Shown here one piece after another: positions 39,500-52,799 of a stretch of DNA of 64,000 nt. Within the stretch, counting starts at the first letter, position 1. Every line of letters starts with the position of its first letter. The translations under genes were made by a program, and so were the position numbers. The notes beneath the pieces are model-generated. The model saw only the letters and a program-made list of their open reading frames with translations, made no database searches and was not told the origin of the DNA. Source of the DNA: Chiloscyllium plagiosum (lineage: Eukaryota); assembly GCF_004010195.1 (NCBI RefSeq), contig NC_057710.1, positions 73,883,582 through 73,947,581 on the forward strand. Reading direction: 5' to 3'.

Positions 39500-41335
39500 G
39501 GTATTGCCTGTGCTTAGCTAAACGTCTTTAACCCCTATCATTTCTGCCTCCAACACCATCCATGGCAGTATCATCCACACTCTACCACTCTATTTTGAAA
39601 CAAAAACCTTATCCCCACCCCTCCTTTGAACACCCCACCCCACCACCTCTATAAACCTCTATCAAGTCTCCCTTCAGCCTCCACTGCTCCAGAGATGAAA
39701 ACCCAAGGTTTTTCTAGCTTCTGCTGTAGCTCATAACCTCTAATCCAGGCAGCATCCTGTTAAATCTCTTCCGCACACTCTGCAAGGCTTCCACATCCTT
39801 TCTGTAATGTGGTGACCAGAATTGAATATAATACTCTGTGTGGCCTAACCAAAGACTTTTAAAGCTGCAACATGACATCCCAACTGTTGTACTCAATTCC
39901 CTGATTAGAAGAGGCAAGCACGGCATATGCCCTCTTTTCTACCCTATCTAATGGTGTGGCCACTTTGAGGGAGCTATTGACTTGAGCCCCAAGATCCTGT
40001 TACATCAATGCTGTTCAGGGTGCTGCCATTAATTGTATACTTTTCCTTAACATTTAATCTCCCAAAGTGCAATACCTGACACTTGCCTGGATTAAACCCC
40101 ATCTGCCATTTGAGCACCTATAACTGATCCACATCCTGCTGTATCCTTTGACAACCTCCTACACAATCCATGGATTGTTATGTTGTCTGCAAACTTACTA
40201 ACCCATCCATTTACATTTTCATCCAAGTCATTTATGTACATAACAAACAGCAGAGATCTCAGTACGGAGCCTTGTGGAACATCACTAGTCACTCATCACT
40301 AGCCTCTGCCTTGTAGGGGCAAGTCAATTCTGAATGCACATTGCCAAGTCACTGTGGATCCCGTGCATCTTAATCTTCTGGACGAGCCTATCATGAGGGA
40401 ACTTGCCAGAAGCCTTACTAAAATCCACGTAGGTAACATCCACTGCTCTACCCTCATTGATCACTTCTGTCACCTTCTTGAAAAATTCAGTCAGGTTACT
40501 AAGACACGACCTGCCTGCACAAAGCTGTGCTGACTGTCCCTAATTAAGCCATGTTTTTCCAAATCTGTGTAAATCCTATCTCTTAAAAATTATCTCTGTA
40601 ACTTCCCAACCATTGGTGTGAGACTCACTGATCTATAATTTCCTGAATTATGTCTATTTTCCTTCTTGAACAGAGGAACAACATTCGCAATTTGCCAGTG
40701 CTCTGGGACCTCTCCAGAGGCTAGTGAGGATATAAAGATCTTGGTTAAGCAATCTCTTTTGCCTCTTTCAATAAGCTGGAATAGATCCCATTGGGCCCTG
40801 GTGACTTTATCCACCTTAATACATTTCAAAAGATCCAATATCACTCTTGATCTCAAAATGCAGTAGCATATGAGCATGCTCCATACAAATCTCCATATTC
40901 TCCATATCCCTCTCCTCGGTGATTACTGTCATAAAGCACTCATTTATCCTTGAGTGGTCCTATCTTCTCCCTAGTTATCCTCTTGTTTATAATATATGTA
41001 TAGAATGCCTTGGGTTTCTTCTTAACCCTACTTGCCAAGATCCTTTCATGGCCCCTTCTTGCTCTCCTAATTCCCTGCTTGAGTTCCTTCCTGCTTTCTT
41101 TATATTCCTCATAAACCCTGTCAAACTTTGTTCCTAAACCATAAGTAACAGCTCCTCCCAATTAACATTCCTTGCCACAAGGTCCTGATTTATCCTTTAC
41201 ATAGCTTCTTAAAAGCTCAAGGAGTTGTGATTACTGTTTCCAAAATCCTTTCCCACTGGAAGGAATCACCTGGCAAGGCTCAATAGCCAGTACAAGATTC
41301 AGTATGGCCCCTCCTCTAGTTGGACTATCCACATA
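39500..41335 (-). mobile_element. CR1-type LINE ORF2 fragment
   Basis: VPEHWQIANVVPLFKKENRHNSGNYRSVSLTPMVGK and VPQGSVLRSLLFVMYINDLDENVNGWVSKFAD; frameshifted. Confidence 0.92.
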
Positions 41336-41344
41336 TTCTTTTAA

Positions 41345-41560
41345 GAGGAGTTCTGATTGTTGCTGAATATTGTGCAATCATCAATGAGCATCCCCACTTC
41401 CCACCTTATGATGAAGGGAAGGTCATTGATGATACAGCTGAAGATGGTTTGGCTTAGGACAGTACCCTGAGGAGCTCCTGAAGAGATGTCCTGGAGCTAA
41501 GACGACTTCGCTCTAACAACAACAACCATCTTCCTGTGCCAGGTATGACTCCAAGCATCA
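41345..41560 (-). mobile_element. LINE internal RT fragment (second family)
   Basis: Reverse complement of the 17535-17670 segment (ctgaagatggtttggcttaggacagtaccctgaggagctcctg). Confidence 0.8.
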
Positions 41561-41574
41561 GAAAATTGTGTAGC

Positions 41575-43147
41575 ACCTTTATTCAGAAAGGGAAGGAAAC
41601 TTAAAACTGATAATTATCGACTAGTTAGCTTAAAAGCTGTCATTGAAACAAAAGTGGCATCTATTATAAAGGATGTTATAGCAGAGTATTTAGCAGTACA
41701 GTTTAATCAAGCAGAGTTATAACTGCTTCATGAAGGATCAATCATGCCTGACAATCATGCCTGAGAAGGTAACAACAAACAGGTAGACAAAAGGACCCTT
41801 TAGTTGTAATATAGGGATTTGAGGGGCAACCTTTGCACATTCAAGGGTGGTTAGTATGTGGAATGAACTGCCAGCAAAAGTGGTAAATGCAGTTAGTTAC
41901 AACTTTTGAAAAGACATTTGGACAGGAACATGGACAGGAAAGGTTTACGTGCATATAGACCAAACACAGGCAAGTGGTACTCGTTTAGTTTGGGAAAGTT
42001 GGTTGGCAAGGACAAGTTGGACTGAAGGCTCTTTTCCTGTGCTGAGAGACTCTGGCTCTATAAAAGGCTTTTGATAAGGTACCGCATAAAAGGCTACTAT
42101 TTAAGATAGGAGCCTGTAGTGTTGGGTGTATTAAACTAGCACAAATGAAGGATTGGCTAACTAATTGAAGATAGAGTTGGGATAAAGAGGGCATTTTATA
42201 GATGGAAAACTTTCAGTGCTGGGACCAGAATTATTTGTAGTAATATCTCAGATGATGGAAATGAATGTACTGTTGCCAGATATGCAGAAGGCACAAAGTA
42301 AATGGGAAGGCAAGTTATGAGGATGAGACAAGGGGTATGTAGAGGGATATAAACAGATTAAATGAGAAGGCAAAGACTTAGCAGGTGAAATATAACATTG
42401 GGGAAAAAGTGAGGTTATGCATTTTGGCAGGAAGAATACAACTTCTGAGCATTATTAAAATGAAAAAAGACTGCAGAAAACTGCAGAAAATGGATTTTGG
42501 AGTTATGGTATATGAATTACACAAAGCTAGCACCTAAGTTCAGTAATAAGGACAGCAAATGGACTGTTGGCCTTTATTTTAAAGTGAATGGATTATTAAA
42601 ACAGGCAAGTCTTCGTAAAATTATACGAGGCACTATCCAACTTCAGCTAGAATCCAATCAACTGTTTTGATCCCCTTATCTAAGGAACATTATATACCAG
42701 CATTGGAGGCAGTCCAGAGAAGATTAACTAGGTTGATCCTGGGTATGGAACAATTTTGTAATGAGGAAAGGTTGAGTCGGTTGGGCTTGTACTGTTTAGA
42801 GTTTAGGAGAATGACTGGAGACCTCATTGAAACATAAATTTCAGAGGGAGCTCGACCAGATAGATGTATTGAGATCCTTGTGGGACGAGCTAGGACCAGA
42901 AGACACAATTTCAGAAGAGGTTTCCCTTTTAAGACACAGGAATTCTTTGAGTAGTGAATCTGTGGAATACTTTACCGTGAAGCTGTGGATCACTGAGTAT
43001 ATTCAACGTTGAGACAGATTTCATTCAGGGAATCATGGGTTATTGGAATAAAACAAAAAAATGGAGTTGAGGATTATCGCATTAGCAATGATTGTCGCAT
43101 TGACGCACAGACTTGATGGTCTAAATGGCTTACTTCCCCTCTGTCTT
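41575..43147 (+). mobile_element. CR1-type LINE ORF2/3' fragment with a nested CR1 3' tail at about 41815-42058
   Basis: F.KG....DNYRLVSL, KAFDKVPHKRLLFKI and LEAVQRRLTRLI.GM remnants; tail ggtctaaatggcttacttccc. Confidence 0.85.
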
Positions 43148-43772
43148 AGTCTAATGGATTATTACTGTGCCACAAGATCCTGCGGTTCACGTGGAGGCTC
43201 AGGAACAGAGAGGGTGAGTCATTAGTGGGCATGGGAGGGTCTTGGGTGTGAATGTGGCCCGAAGAGGTATGAAAGAAACATTTGAAGGCATGACAGGCTA
43301 AGGTAGAGGGCATGGAGGAGCGAGCTGGGAAGGGCCTGGTCTTCTGGGTGTGTTTAGGATAGTCAAGAAAAAAGCTTAAAAACAGTGACAGTACTGTTTC
43401 TATACATTGATTCATCCCAGGGTGTAGGCTGGCAGACTCCTTGCAGGGCTTTGAACTCCCCTTCAACATTAACCCCATGGTGAGTGATCCTGGACAATTA
43501 TTCATAGGAGGAGCCAGCTGAGCTTGCAAGTTGAACCATGTCCCACAGAGTGGCATATATATGAATATCGATTAAAATGTTAAAGCAAAAACAGTCTCAT
43601 TTGTTTTCACAATGAAGGTAGTGTGTTTAACTCCTGTAAGTGTGCCAACTATGAGGCATGCTGGTACATCTAGCTCTGAGTAAGCTCGTCTCAGCAAATA
43701 ACAATGATGTACATGTTACATTTAGCTTAGATTATTCAGATGAAATAGTATGTTAAGAACATTGGAGTTGGG

Positions 43773-44326
43773 CAGGAAAGTTGTGGCTGAGATGGAGAGA
43801 CTCCCTGTTTGTTCCAGAGCCACTTTATAGACCACCCACAGTAACAGCAGGTTTCCCCACAGTGTGATTGATTTGTCTCCTGTGTACATTGCTGGCATTT
43901 GAAATTTTAATTGGAATCATGTGACAGCCAGTGAAGAAACGAGATCAATGGCGCTCACTTCATCTTCTGACCTAAGTGTGCCACGGTTAAAATAACACTC
44001 GAGATTATTAGGATGATAATGGTGAAGCTAAGAGATTTTTTAATTGTCCATAACTATCAAATCTTTAGCCTACCTTGATGAACATTTAAAAATCTCATCT
44101 CCTTTCTACTGGGAGGCCACTGTCCCTTTTTAAATTTGAACAGATTTGGACAGGAAAGTTGTGGCTGAGATGGAGAGAACTTCGTGTTCCAGAGGCTGTT
44201 ATAGATCACTAATACCTGCAACTGACAGCAGGTTTCCCCACTGTGTGATTGACCTGTCTCCTGCGTATATTGTACCTCATTTCCTTTCGACTGGGGGACT
44301 ACTGTCCCTTTCTGGTTTTGAACAGA
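43773..44326 (+). repeat. Diverged local duplication (A...B-A'-B')
   Basis: 43773-43891 resembles 44151-44272 (both start caggaaagttgtggctgagatggagaga); 44094-44144 resembles 44276-44326. Confidence 0.85.
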
Positions 44327-44804
44327 GGTAATTTTTTTTTTAAATTTGAGCTAGCAACATTGATCTGCAAGTAAAGGACTTGACCAGTATTTGACCTTGG
44401 TCAGAAGGAACAATGTTTTGGTCAAGCAATACATCCATTGATGTGGTGAAGTACACTGAGCTCATGTGCTGATACACAAAGCCAAACTACCATTGGAATG
44501 GAGTGAGATGGCTCATAATCTTTGTCTTTAATAAAGTCATTTCAAGAATTCATTCTTTAGGCATTGTTCAACCTTGGTATGCCTTTTGAAATGGCTGAAG
44601 GAGAATATGCACTTAAGGTAATGATCATTAGTGGGTGTGATTTTTACCAGAGTTGAGAGGTCATATGTCTAAATAATAGACAAACCTTTAACAGGAGTTA
44701 CAAAATTCCAGCTGAGACAATGGTCAATACTTTTCCAGGGACGTTTGAACCTCTCCATTAGACACAAATGGGATTCAGAAGCTTGCATATATTTTCTGAT
44801 CATC

Positions 44805-44905
44805 CTATCCAGAGATGTCGTTAGACACCTCTGGATCAGGTGGGACTTGACCCCAGGCTTTCTGGCTCAGCGGTAAGGACACTGCAGCTGCACCACATGA
44901 GCCCT
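44805..44905 (-). mobile_element. Short tRNA-head SINE
   Basis: Minus strand gggctcatgtggtgcag...ggggtcaagtcccacctgatccagaggtgt has A/B-box-like segments; a decayed relative lies at about 34600-34720. Confidence 0.65.
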
Positions 44906-45674
44906 TCTGAAGCTTGTGTGGGGGGAACACTCTCTTGCCTGTCTTTTTTCCAAGTTGGTCAATTAGTGGCCAGAGGTTTGGCGTGCTGTCCAATTAAGGA
45001 TGATGAGCAGGCTCTCAAAAAGTGATGGGCAGGGGAACCAATTAGGACATCTTCCAGCTCAAAAGGAGCAACAAGATGTTGCAGGTGTGAGAAGAGCAGC
45101 CTAAAATGAAAACATTTCTCTTAAACTTTGGAGGAAAGAAGGCCTTGAAACCTTTGCATCCCAGTCCTCACCTGTGGTTGGGTATGTTATTGACAATATG
45201 TGGTGGTTGTTGCTCCTTCTGGTCGGGAGGGTCTTGGAGCCTGCGAGGGGTACTGGGACCTGGGTCCTGATTGAAAAATTCTGATCAGCCACCTTGAAGA
45301 TTGGAGTCCTGTTTCCCAAACCAACTGCAATCATTCTGTTCCCTCACCACCTCCCCAATCCCATGCTGCCACCTCACTGTTAAAGATGAAGAGTTGAGTG
45401 ATTGCTGCTTGGCCAGTTACATCTGTGTTCATCACTGAATTGCTCTTTTAAAGTTCTTGAAAACTTATTCAATGTCAGTCATTTGGCACTGACTTAGAGT
45501 CATGGACATACTGAAGGAAATTCAGGTGATTGCGTGTTCTAGTGCCAATAACACTTAAAGCCGGTCTGTCTTAAGCAGATCTCCACCTTGCAAAGTATGT
45601 TTCTTTTTCAAGTTTCCAGTTGGTCACTGTTAGGATATTCCTCCCTTGCAGCATCGAGCGCGGCCTGGAAGCTG

Positions 45675-45781
45675 GTTATGGGAATAGGGAGGGGAAAGTT
45701 TAGGCTGGGTGGGATGCTTTCGGAGGGTAGGTATGGATGGGCCTGTGGCTTGCTTTTACACTGTAGGGGTTCTATATTCTT
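45675..45781 (+). mobile_element. HE1-like SINE 3' fragment
   Basis: ctgggtgggatgctttcggagggt...ttttacactgtaggggttctat matches the HE1 tail. Confidence 0.6.
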
Positions 45782-45809
45782 ACCTATACACTTAGTCTGT
45801 CTAAATTCC

Positions 45810-46825
45810 CTTGCAGCTGCTCTGAATCCTTTTCACAATTCTCAGCCCCACCTAGTTTTGTCATCCACAAGCTTGCAAGTATCGCATTTGAACCACATCT
45901 AAATCATTGTTATAGATTTTGAATAATAAGAATGAAAGCACTGACTCTTCTGGTACTCCACTATTTAAACTCTGCTAATTTAAGAATAACCTATTGAATC
46001 CTACTGTTCTGTCTACCATCCAGTACTCACTCCATATTGTCACAATTCCCATATGCTTTAAAGTTTGCTCCCCAACATCCTGATGGGGACCTTATCAAAT
46101 GTCTGTTGAAAATCCAAGTAGGTCATATTTATTGGGTTCCCCATTACCAATTCCTCAAAAACTCTTTAACTTGTCAAACATGTTCTACCTTTCATAAATC
46201 AATGACTGTGCTTAATCCTAGCAATATTTTCTAAGTTTCCAGTTATGTATCTTTTATAAGCGATTTGAGCATTTTCTTTACTCATGATGTCATTACTAAG
46301 TGGGCTGTCTTTTCTCTCTCCCGCCTTTCTGAAACAGTGGAGTGACATTTGCAGGAGCCATTCTAAAATCTAGATAACTTTGGAAGATGACCACTAATGT
46401 ACCTAATTTCTCTATAGTCATTCAGTCAATACTCTTGGTTGGAGATCATCAGATCCAGAATTTATCCACTTTCAGTCCCATTAATTTCGCCAGTGTTACT
46501 TATTTTACAAAACTAATTTATTTCAGTTTCTCGTTGGTCCCTTGGTACTCTTGTACTATATTTCTGAGAGATTTGTTTGTATCGTGAGGCATATAAAGTA
46601 TTTAATACCTTTGTCATTTCCTTATTCTCCAGATAAATGCTCTTTTTTCTGCTTTAAGATGTGGTACATTTGGCTTTGCTCATCTTTTCCTTCACACATG
46701 TCTGTAGAATGCCTATTTTCATATCCTATTTTGTCTTTCAGTTTTTTGGTTCTCTTTTGCTGAATTCTAGAGTGCTGTCAATCCTCAGGCTTACTCATTT
46801 ATATTTTGGCAGTTTCTTAAGCCTC
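45810..46825 (-). mobile_element. Old CR1-type LINE ORF2 fragment
   Basis: ggggaccttatcaaatgtctgttgaaaatccaagta reads YLDFQQTFDKVP on the minus strand; heavily decayed. Confidence 0.7.
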
Positions 46826-46829
46826 TTCT

Positions 46830-47015
46830 AAAAGCAAAGTACTGCTGATGTTCGAAATCTGAAATAAAATCTCAGTGGAGAGCAAACTCCGTTGTCTTGC
46901 AGCATCTGTGGAGAGAGTGAATTAATGTTTATGGTTCAGAATGATTTCTAAAGAAGTTTTTTTTTCTACAGATGCTGCCAACGTGAGTTTGTCTAGCATT
47001 TCATGTGTTTTATTT
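46830..47015. mobile_element. Degenerate palindromic Penelope-terminus element
   Basis: gcagcatctgtggagaga / tctacagatgctgcc inverted core, as in 1785-1988. Confidence 0.6.
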
Positions 47016-47244
47016 ATTGTAAGCTTTTTTTCCTTTGTAATATAATCTTTTAACTTTTGTATGTTAACCATGGTTGGATCATCTTTCTTCTTTGCTTTTG
47101 TTCTTAAAAGATACAAATTTATTATGAAAAATGTTATTTCAATGCCAGCCCCCCTCAATGTCTTGATAAAAGTTTCCCAACTGAACACAGACATTTTGGC
47201 CCTCATACACTTGTAGCTTGCTTTGTTTAGATTTAAGATACTAT

Positions 47245-48090
47245 AAGATTTGGGACCTGAAGTAGGCCATTCAGCCCATCAAGTCTGCTCCACATTCTAT
47301 TAGATTATGGCTGATACCCTAATCCTCAATCCCACTTTCTTCCCTTTTACCCATAACTCTTGATTCTCTTACTGATTTAAAAACCGGTCTTCTCAGGCTT
47401 GAGTATACTTGATGATCCAGTATCTGCAACCCTCCGTGGCAAAGAATTCTGCAGATGCACTATCTCTGAGGGGGGTGGGGGGAGTGGAGAATCCTCCTCT
47501 TGTATATCTTAAATGGGCAGCCCCTTTTTCTGAGATTATGCCCTTTTGTCTTAGAATCTGTTGCAAGGAGAAAGAGCATTTCGGCATCCACCCTGTCAGG
47601 TCTCTTAAATTTGTATGTTTCAATAGGTTGCCCCTCATTCTTCTGAACTCAATTGAATGCAAGCCCAACCTACTCAACCTCCTCTCATAAAATAGTTCCT
47701 TCATACCTTGCATGGACCTGGTGAACCTTCTGCCTTGCCTCCAATGCTAGTGTATCTTGCCTTGGTTAAGGGGCTCAAACCTGTTCAGTGTTTCAGCTGT
47801 GGTCTTGCTAATGTCTTGTGTAATTCTAGCAAAACCAGCTTACTTTTATACTCTATTCCCTTTTTTAAATTAGTGGTCAACATTCCATTTGCCCTCCCTG
47901 TTACTTGCTGAACTTGTGTGCTCACTTTTTGTGGTTTATGTATGAGGTATCTCAAATCCATCTGCTGCAAATTTCTGCAGTCTTTCTCCATTTAAGTAAT
48001 ATTCAGTTCCTGTATTCTTCCTGTCAAAGTGAATAACCTCATTTTTCTGCACTTTGTATTCCATCAACTAACGTCTTGCTTGCTTAACCC
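47245..48090 (-). mobile_element. CR1-type LINE 3' fragment
   Basis: GIEYKSKLVLLELHKTLARPQLKH and GMKELFYERRLSRLGLHSIEFRRMRGNL; tail gtaggccattcagcccatcaag. Confidence 0.9.
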
Positions 48091-48750
48091 AATCTCTGAT
48101 TGAACTACAACGCTTTCAAAATTGCAAAATTCTATTGTGTTGTAGTCACTCTTCCTTAGAGACTCCTTTTACGACAAATTATTAATTAGCAACATTTCTT
48201 TTACAAAGCCCTTTAATAGTTTTGACCTGGAGGCCCGAATCTCTCGTTCTCAAATGAGTAATGTTGTCTGTTTCTTTTTTCACTTTTAAAAGCCACTTTC
48301 AAAACAACCACCAAGTACTAGTTGTGACTGTTATTGCAGGTTTGTGAATAGAAGAAGTTTTCATTGTCCTCTTAGAGGGAAGCTAATCTAAATATGTGGG
48401 TTTTGTGACGCTAAGTTTTTTTGGGGGGGTGGGATATGAATTCAGACTTCCAAGCATATTTAGACAAGAAAAAGTTCTCTCAAATTTTCCATTATGCCAA
48501 TTCTGATCTGTGCTATGTTGATCTTGATAACATGAGATCGCTATTTGGAATATATAGTTTTTGGCTGTTATAGCTGCAGGTTTTTTATTTGAGATTTTGA
48601 CAAGTCCTCAAGTGTTGTGTTTGCAGCTGATGTTAATACTAGAAAAGTAAAATTCTAGAGTTAAACCTGGATTGATTGGACCATAAGCTGTCTTTTTGCA
48701 ATTTGTTCACTGATGGTCAATCACTAAACATATAATGGCCTGCCAATGTA

Positions 48751-48907
48751 CAGAGGAACCTTGATTAGTTGACATTCGATTAAACGAGTTTCAGCTTATC
48801 CGAGCTAGATCGCAAGGTCCCGATACTTGGCTAACTGTTAGCTGGCATTCGACTAACCGAGTGAAATACTCCCTGCCCATGTCCTTTGGATAATTGAGGT
48901 TCCTCTG
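48751..48907. mobile_element. MITE, pogo/Tigger-like (same family as 36370)
   Basis: TA-CAGAGGAACCT...AGGTTCCTCTG-TA; interior colinear with 36370-36518. Confidence 0.88.
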
Positions 48908-49684
48908 TACTTAAATGTTGATAATTTAGTAATTGCACACAAGGGAAACAAACAAACTATCTTAAACTATACAAGAACTATTTGCGATGCAGAATTAATA
49001 ATATCAGAAATAAGATCCAACACTTCTACTTTAACAGCCTTAGAGACACAAACCTGAATGGAGGGCCACTCTGTTTCATATGAACACAGGAGTGGATTTT
49101 GTTCCTTGTTCTGTGTGCATGGCTCTGTATTTTCTGGCAAACTTCTGCATTCATTTAATGCTATTTTTTCTATTTAATGTGTTAAGAAAAAAATCTGTGT
49201 GAGCAGTCAGTAAGAGCTCGTAAATTTAGCAGCCTTGTAGGTTTCTTTCTGCTTGACTTAAAGCTTTCTATGTCAGGTGTTTCTCTCCATTTCAAAATCA
49301 TTCAGGGTCTCTTCTTTCCTGACTGTGACACTTCACTACTGATGACATTAGAGCCCTTATCTCCGAATAATCTGCTTCTCTCTGAAAGAAACCTGCACAC
49401 ACTTTGACCTGGATGGCTTTCTCTTTCTACAATTAATATTTTTCTGACTCCATCATCTTATGTCATAAGACACCCATAATAGCCCTTTTTCCCCTCTTTT
49501 GTTTTCGAGTGCTGAGCAATTCTTAAGCTTTTTTAAGACACTTTTAAATGCGTGTAAACCAGTTTTCCAGACAATCCATTATCTGTCACAGAACTCAAAA
49601 ATAAAACAAAACTGTCTTCCCTTCTCAACACCTATATCGAAATATTAATCAAACTTAAAATGGATTGAACCAGGAATAATTTTA

Positions 49685-50201
49685 TATATGAATACAAGTA
49701 GTAGCAGCAAAAGTTAACCATCCATCTCCTTGAGCCTGCTCTGCCATTCAGTAAGATCAAAGCTGATCTTTTGAGTTTTGAATTCAACATTCCTATCAAC
49801 CACTGATAATCCTTGATTACTTCTGCCCGACAATAATCTATCAACCTCTATCTTAAATATTCAATGGCCCATCGCCTCCACACTCTGAGGCAGAGTCACC
49901 CAACCCTCAAGGAGAAAAATAGTCCCTTCCTTTCTGTCCTGAAAGAGTGACCCCTAATATTAAAGCAGTGCCCCCGAGTTCTGGACTGACCCACAAGAGA
50001 AAAGATTGTTTCCATGTTCACCTGGTCAAGCCAATTATACACATCATCTACACTTCTATAAAGTCGCCAATCAATGTCAGTCAAGGTGGTAGATGAGAAT
50101 ATGGAATTTGAAGCACAAGAGTTCTGTGATCTTATTGAATGATGAAGCAGGTTCAAAAGGCCAAGTGGTCAATTTTTTTGCTTTTTTTTTGTATTTGTAT
50201 A
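49685..50201. mobile_element. Insertion with CR1-type 3' tails at both ends, flanked by a 29-bp direct repeat
   Basis: Minus-strand tail at about 49685-50040 and plus-strand tail at about 50085-50201; flanks 49656-49684 and 50202-50230 are 27/29 identical. Confidence 0.8.
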
Positions 50202-50489
50202 TAAAATGGACTGAACCAGGTATAATTTTAAAGTTTAATTTGTATTTATATATTGTCAGAGGGGAAACCGTTTTAATTTTTACTTTTCTTTGAGTCTGAA
50301 ATTGGTAGAGTGTTGTCTGGAAATGTTGTTTGCATGCATGTAAATGAGCCTTCAGTCATACACTGCAAAACTCTTGGGGAAACAAAACAAATCCAGTGTG
50401 TCCAATCTATCTTCTTAAAACCACACATTCATTTCAGTTAGCAAATTATTAGACATCCTCTGAGCCACCTCCAATGCATTTATGTCCCA

Positions 50490-50822
50490 CAGTGGTACTT
50501 GTAATGTCATTGGACCAGCAATCCAGAACCCTGGGTTAACTAACATTCTTGAGATGTAGGTTCGAATCCCACCAGAACAAATCAATAAAATTTGAATTCA
50601 CTAAAAATCCAGAATGAAAAGATAATTGTGTAGGCAATCCAGAATGACAGGAAAACCATCTTGTTCATTAGCTTCCTTTTTTTTTAGCGAAGGGAAACTG
50701 CTATCTTTAGTTGACCTGGTCTACATGTGACTCCAAATCCACAGTAATATGATTACCCAGAAGACAGTTAAGAGACAATTAGGAGTGTGTAATAAGTGCT
50801 GTCCTTGCCGATGATACACCTA
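50490..50822 (+). mobile_element. tRNA-derived SINE inserted in a CR1 fragment
   Basis: B box GGTTCGAATCCC at about 50559-50570; homologous to 10316-10592; tail ggagtgtgtaataagtgctg. Confidence 0.75.
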
Positions 50823-50824
50823 TC

Positions 50825-52600
50825 CTCCTTGAAGTATGGAACCAAAACTGCATGTAGTATTCACCAACACACTGTACAGTTGAAGCGTAAACATCCTTAC
50901 TTTTTATGTTCAATTCTTATCTCATTAGCCACCTTTTACTATGGTGCTGTACCTGCGTAAGATTGCTTTTGTGTCTCATGCACTAGGAACTCCTCGATCC
51001 CTCAAACTCTGAATTCTGTATTTGTTTTCCACTTGAATATTTTCTTGCATTGCAGTTGATCTACCAGACTTTTCCCCCTTCACTGAGCCTATCAATATCT
51101 GTCTGCAACCTCCTTATGTTTTCTTCACAACCTACTTTCCTACTAATCTTGGGTCATCTGTAAATTTAGCTACAATTCCTTCTCTTTCCTGGTCAGAGTC
51201 ATTGATGTAAATTGTAAATGTTTTTGAGACTCCTACACAGGTCTCTGTGGAACTAGATTTATCACATCCTGCCAATCAGACAGAGCGCCACTTAGCATAC
51301 TCTGTTTTCTGACCGCCAACAGATCTCCTATCCATGCCAACATACTCCCTACACTGACATTTTACTTTCTGCAGTAGCCCATGTAACAACTTAGCAAGCC
51401 ACGTCTGGAAATCCAAGTACAGTACCTATAGGATACCCTTTGTCAAACAATTCCAATAAATTGGTATGACTTGATTTCCCTTTGATAAAACCATGTTGAC
51501 TGTTTCCAATTAAATGAGCTTTAAATGTGCAAGTATACTCCCCTTTTAATGATTGATTACAACATCTTTCCCATAACAGACATCATCAAGCTAACTGGCC
51601 TATAGTTTCCTGTTTTCTGCCTCCCTCTTTGATGACTCCTGAGGCTGATGGAAGGAAGTTTGGAAAATTAACACCAAAAATCTATTAGCTCACTAGCAAA
51701 CCCTAAGATGAAATCCATCTGAGGACATATAAGCATGCAGCTCTTGTCTGTTTGCTGAGTATCACTTCCTTGCGATTGTGATTTCATCAAGCTCTTCTCT
51801 CCCTTCCACCTCATGATTTACAGTTTCTGCAATGTTTTTATGTAGAATTGGCACTCTTCCTTTGCGCAATTATACACTTGTTTTTTCTTGAGTTATATAC
51901 GTTCTGTAACTTGTTTAGTTATCCATAGCAGTGAGTCTTCACTTCTTTATGGTGGGAATATGCTTATTCTGAAATATCCCCTTAAATGTCTGTCACTGTG
52001 ATTCTAATGGTCTTTCTCCTAGCCTGGTTATGTCAGCCAACTCAACTTTCCATTCTACTCTGGGCACAGCTGAACGGGATCATTAATCATGAAATATTAC
52101 ACAATACCAAGTTACTCATAACTTGCTCCCTGGTTGATTCCAGAATGTGGTTTAAGAATCTGCTGTAAGGAACTATTTCTGAAGCCTTCTATGAGCTCCT
52201 CACCCAAGCTTCTGCTAACCTTATGATTTTTTCCAGTTTATATGTTGATGAGACTGAACCATAATTATTGCTATTTCTTTTGCATAGTTGTCCAATGCTT
52301 GAATACTTCGCCCATATTGTGGTAAGTGTCAGGAAGCCTGTAGGACACCTTTCAATAGTGATTTATTTCCCCAATTATTTTTCATACTACCCAAATGGAT
52401 TCTCCCTCCTGATCTCTTGAACCAAGGTCATCAACTATTACAAATGCCATCCTTGATTTAATAGAGCTACTTATCCACCTTTCAAAAAGAACAGGAAGCT
52501 TGATGAAGTTTTAATACCCCTGACATCCAAGACCCTTGTTGCCCTGCAACCAGCTTTATGTAATGGATATAGGATTGTACTTATTGACCTGAATGTGTGC
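50825..52600 (-). mobile_element. Old CR1-type LINE fragments
   Basis: aagctaactggcctatagtttcctg reads GNYRPVSL on the minus strand; tcatctgtaaatttagc is KFADD-like; heavily decayed. Confidence 0.7.
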
Positions 52601-52799
52601 TATCAATTTCTTCACTTCTTTATGATGCTATGTGTATTCACCTACAGAGCCTATAGTTTTATTGTCTTGTTGTCTCTGGAACATCTAGTTTTGATTGTTA
52701 ATGTATCTCTAGGATTTTTCCCTCGCTGCCCTTTTGCTTTCATTCTATGACCCTTGGTTCTGTTCTCTTTTCTTTCCTTATCTTTCTTCTTTGAAAGAG

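Noticed and set aside
49318-49430. Additional hammerhead (ctgatgac...)
   Set aside because: No pairing stem II followed by GAAA at the right spacing.
50490-50575. tRNA gene (GGTTCGAATCCC)
   Set aside because: B box of a SINE head; no cloverleaf, and it continues into SINE body.
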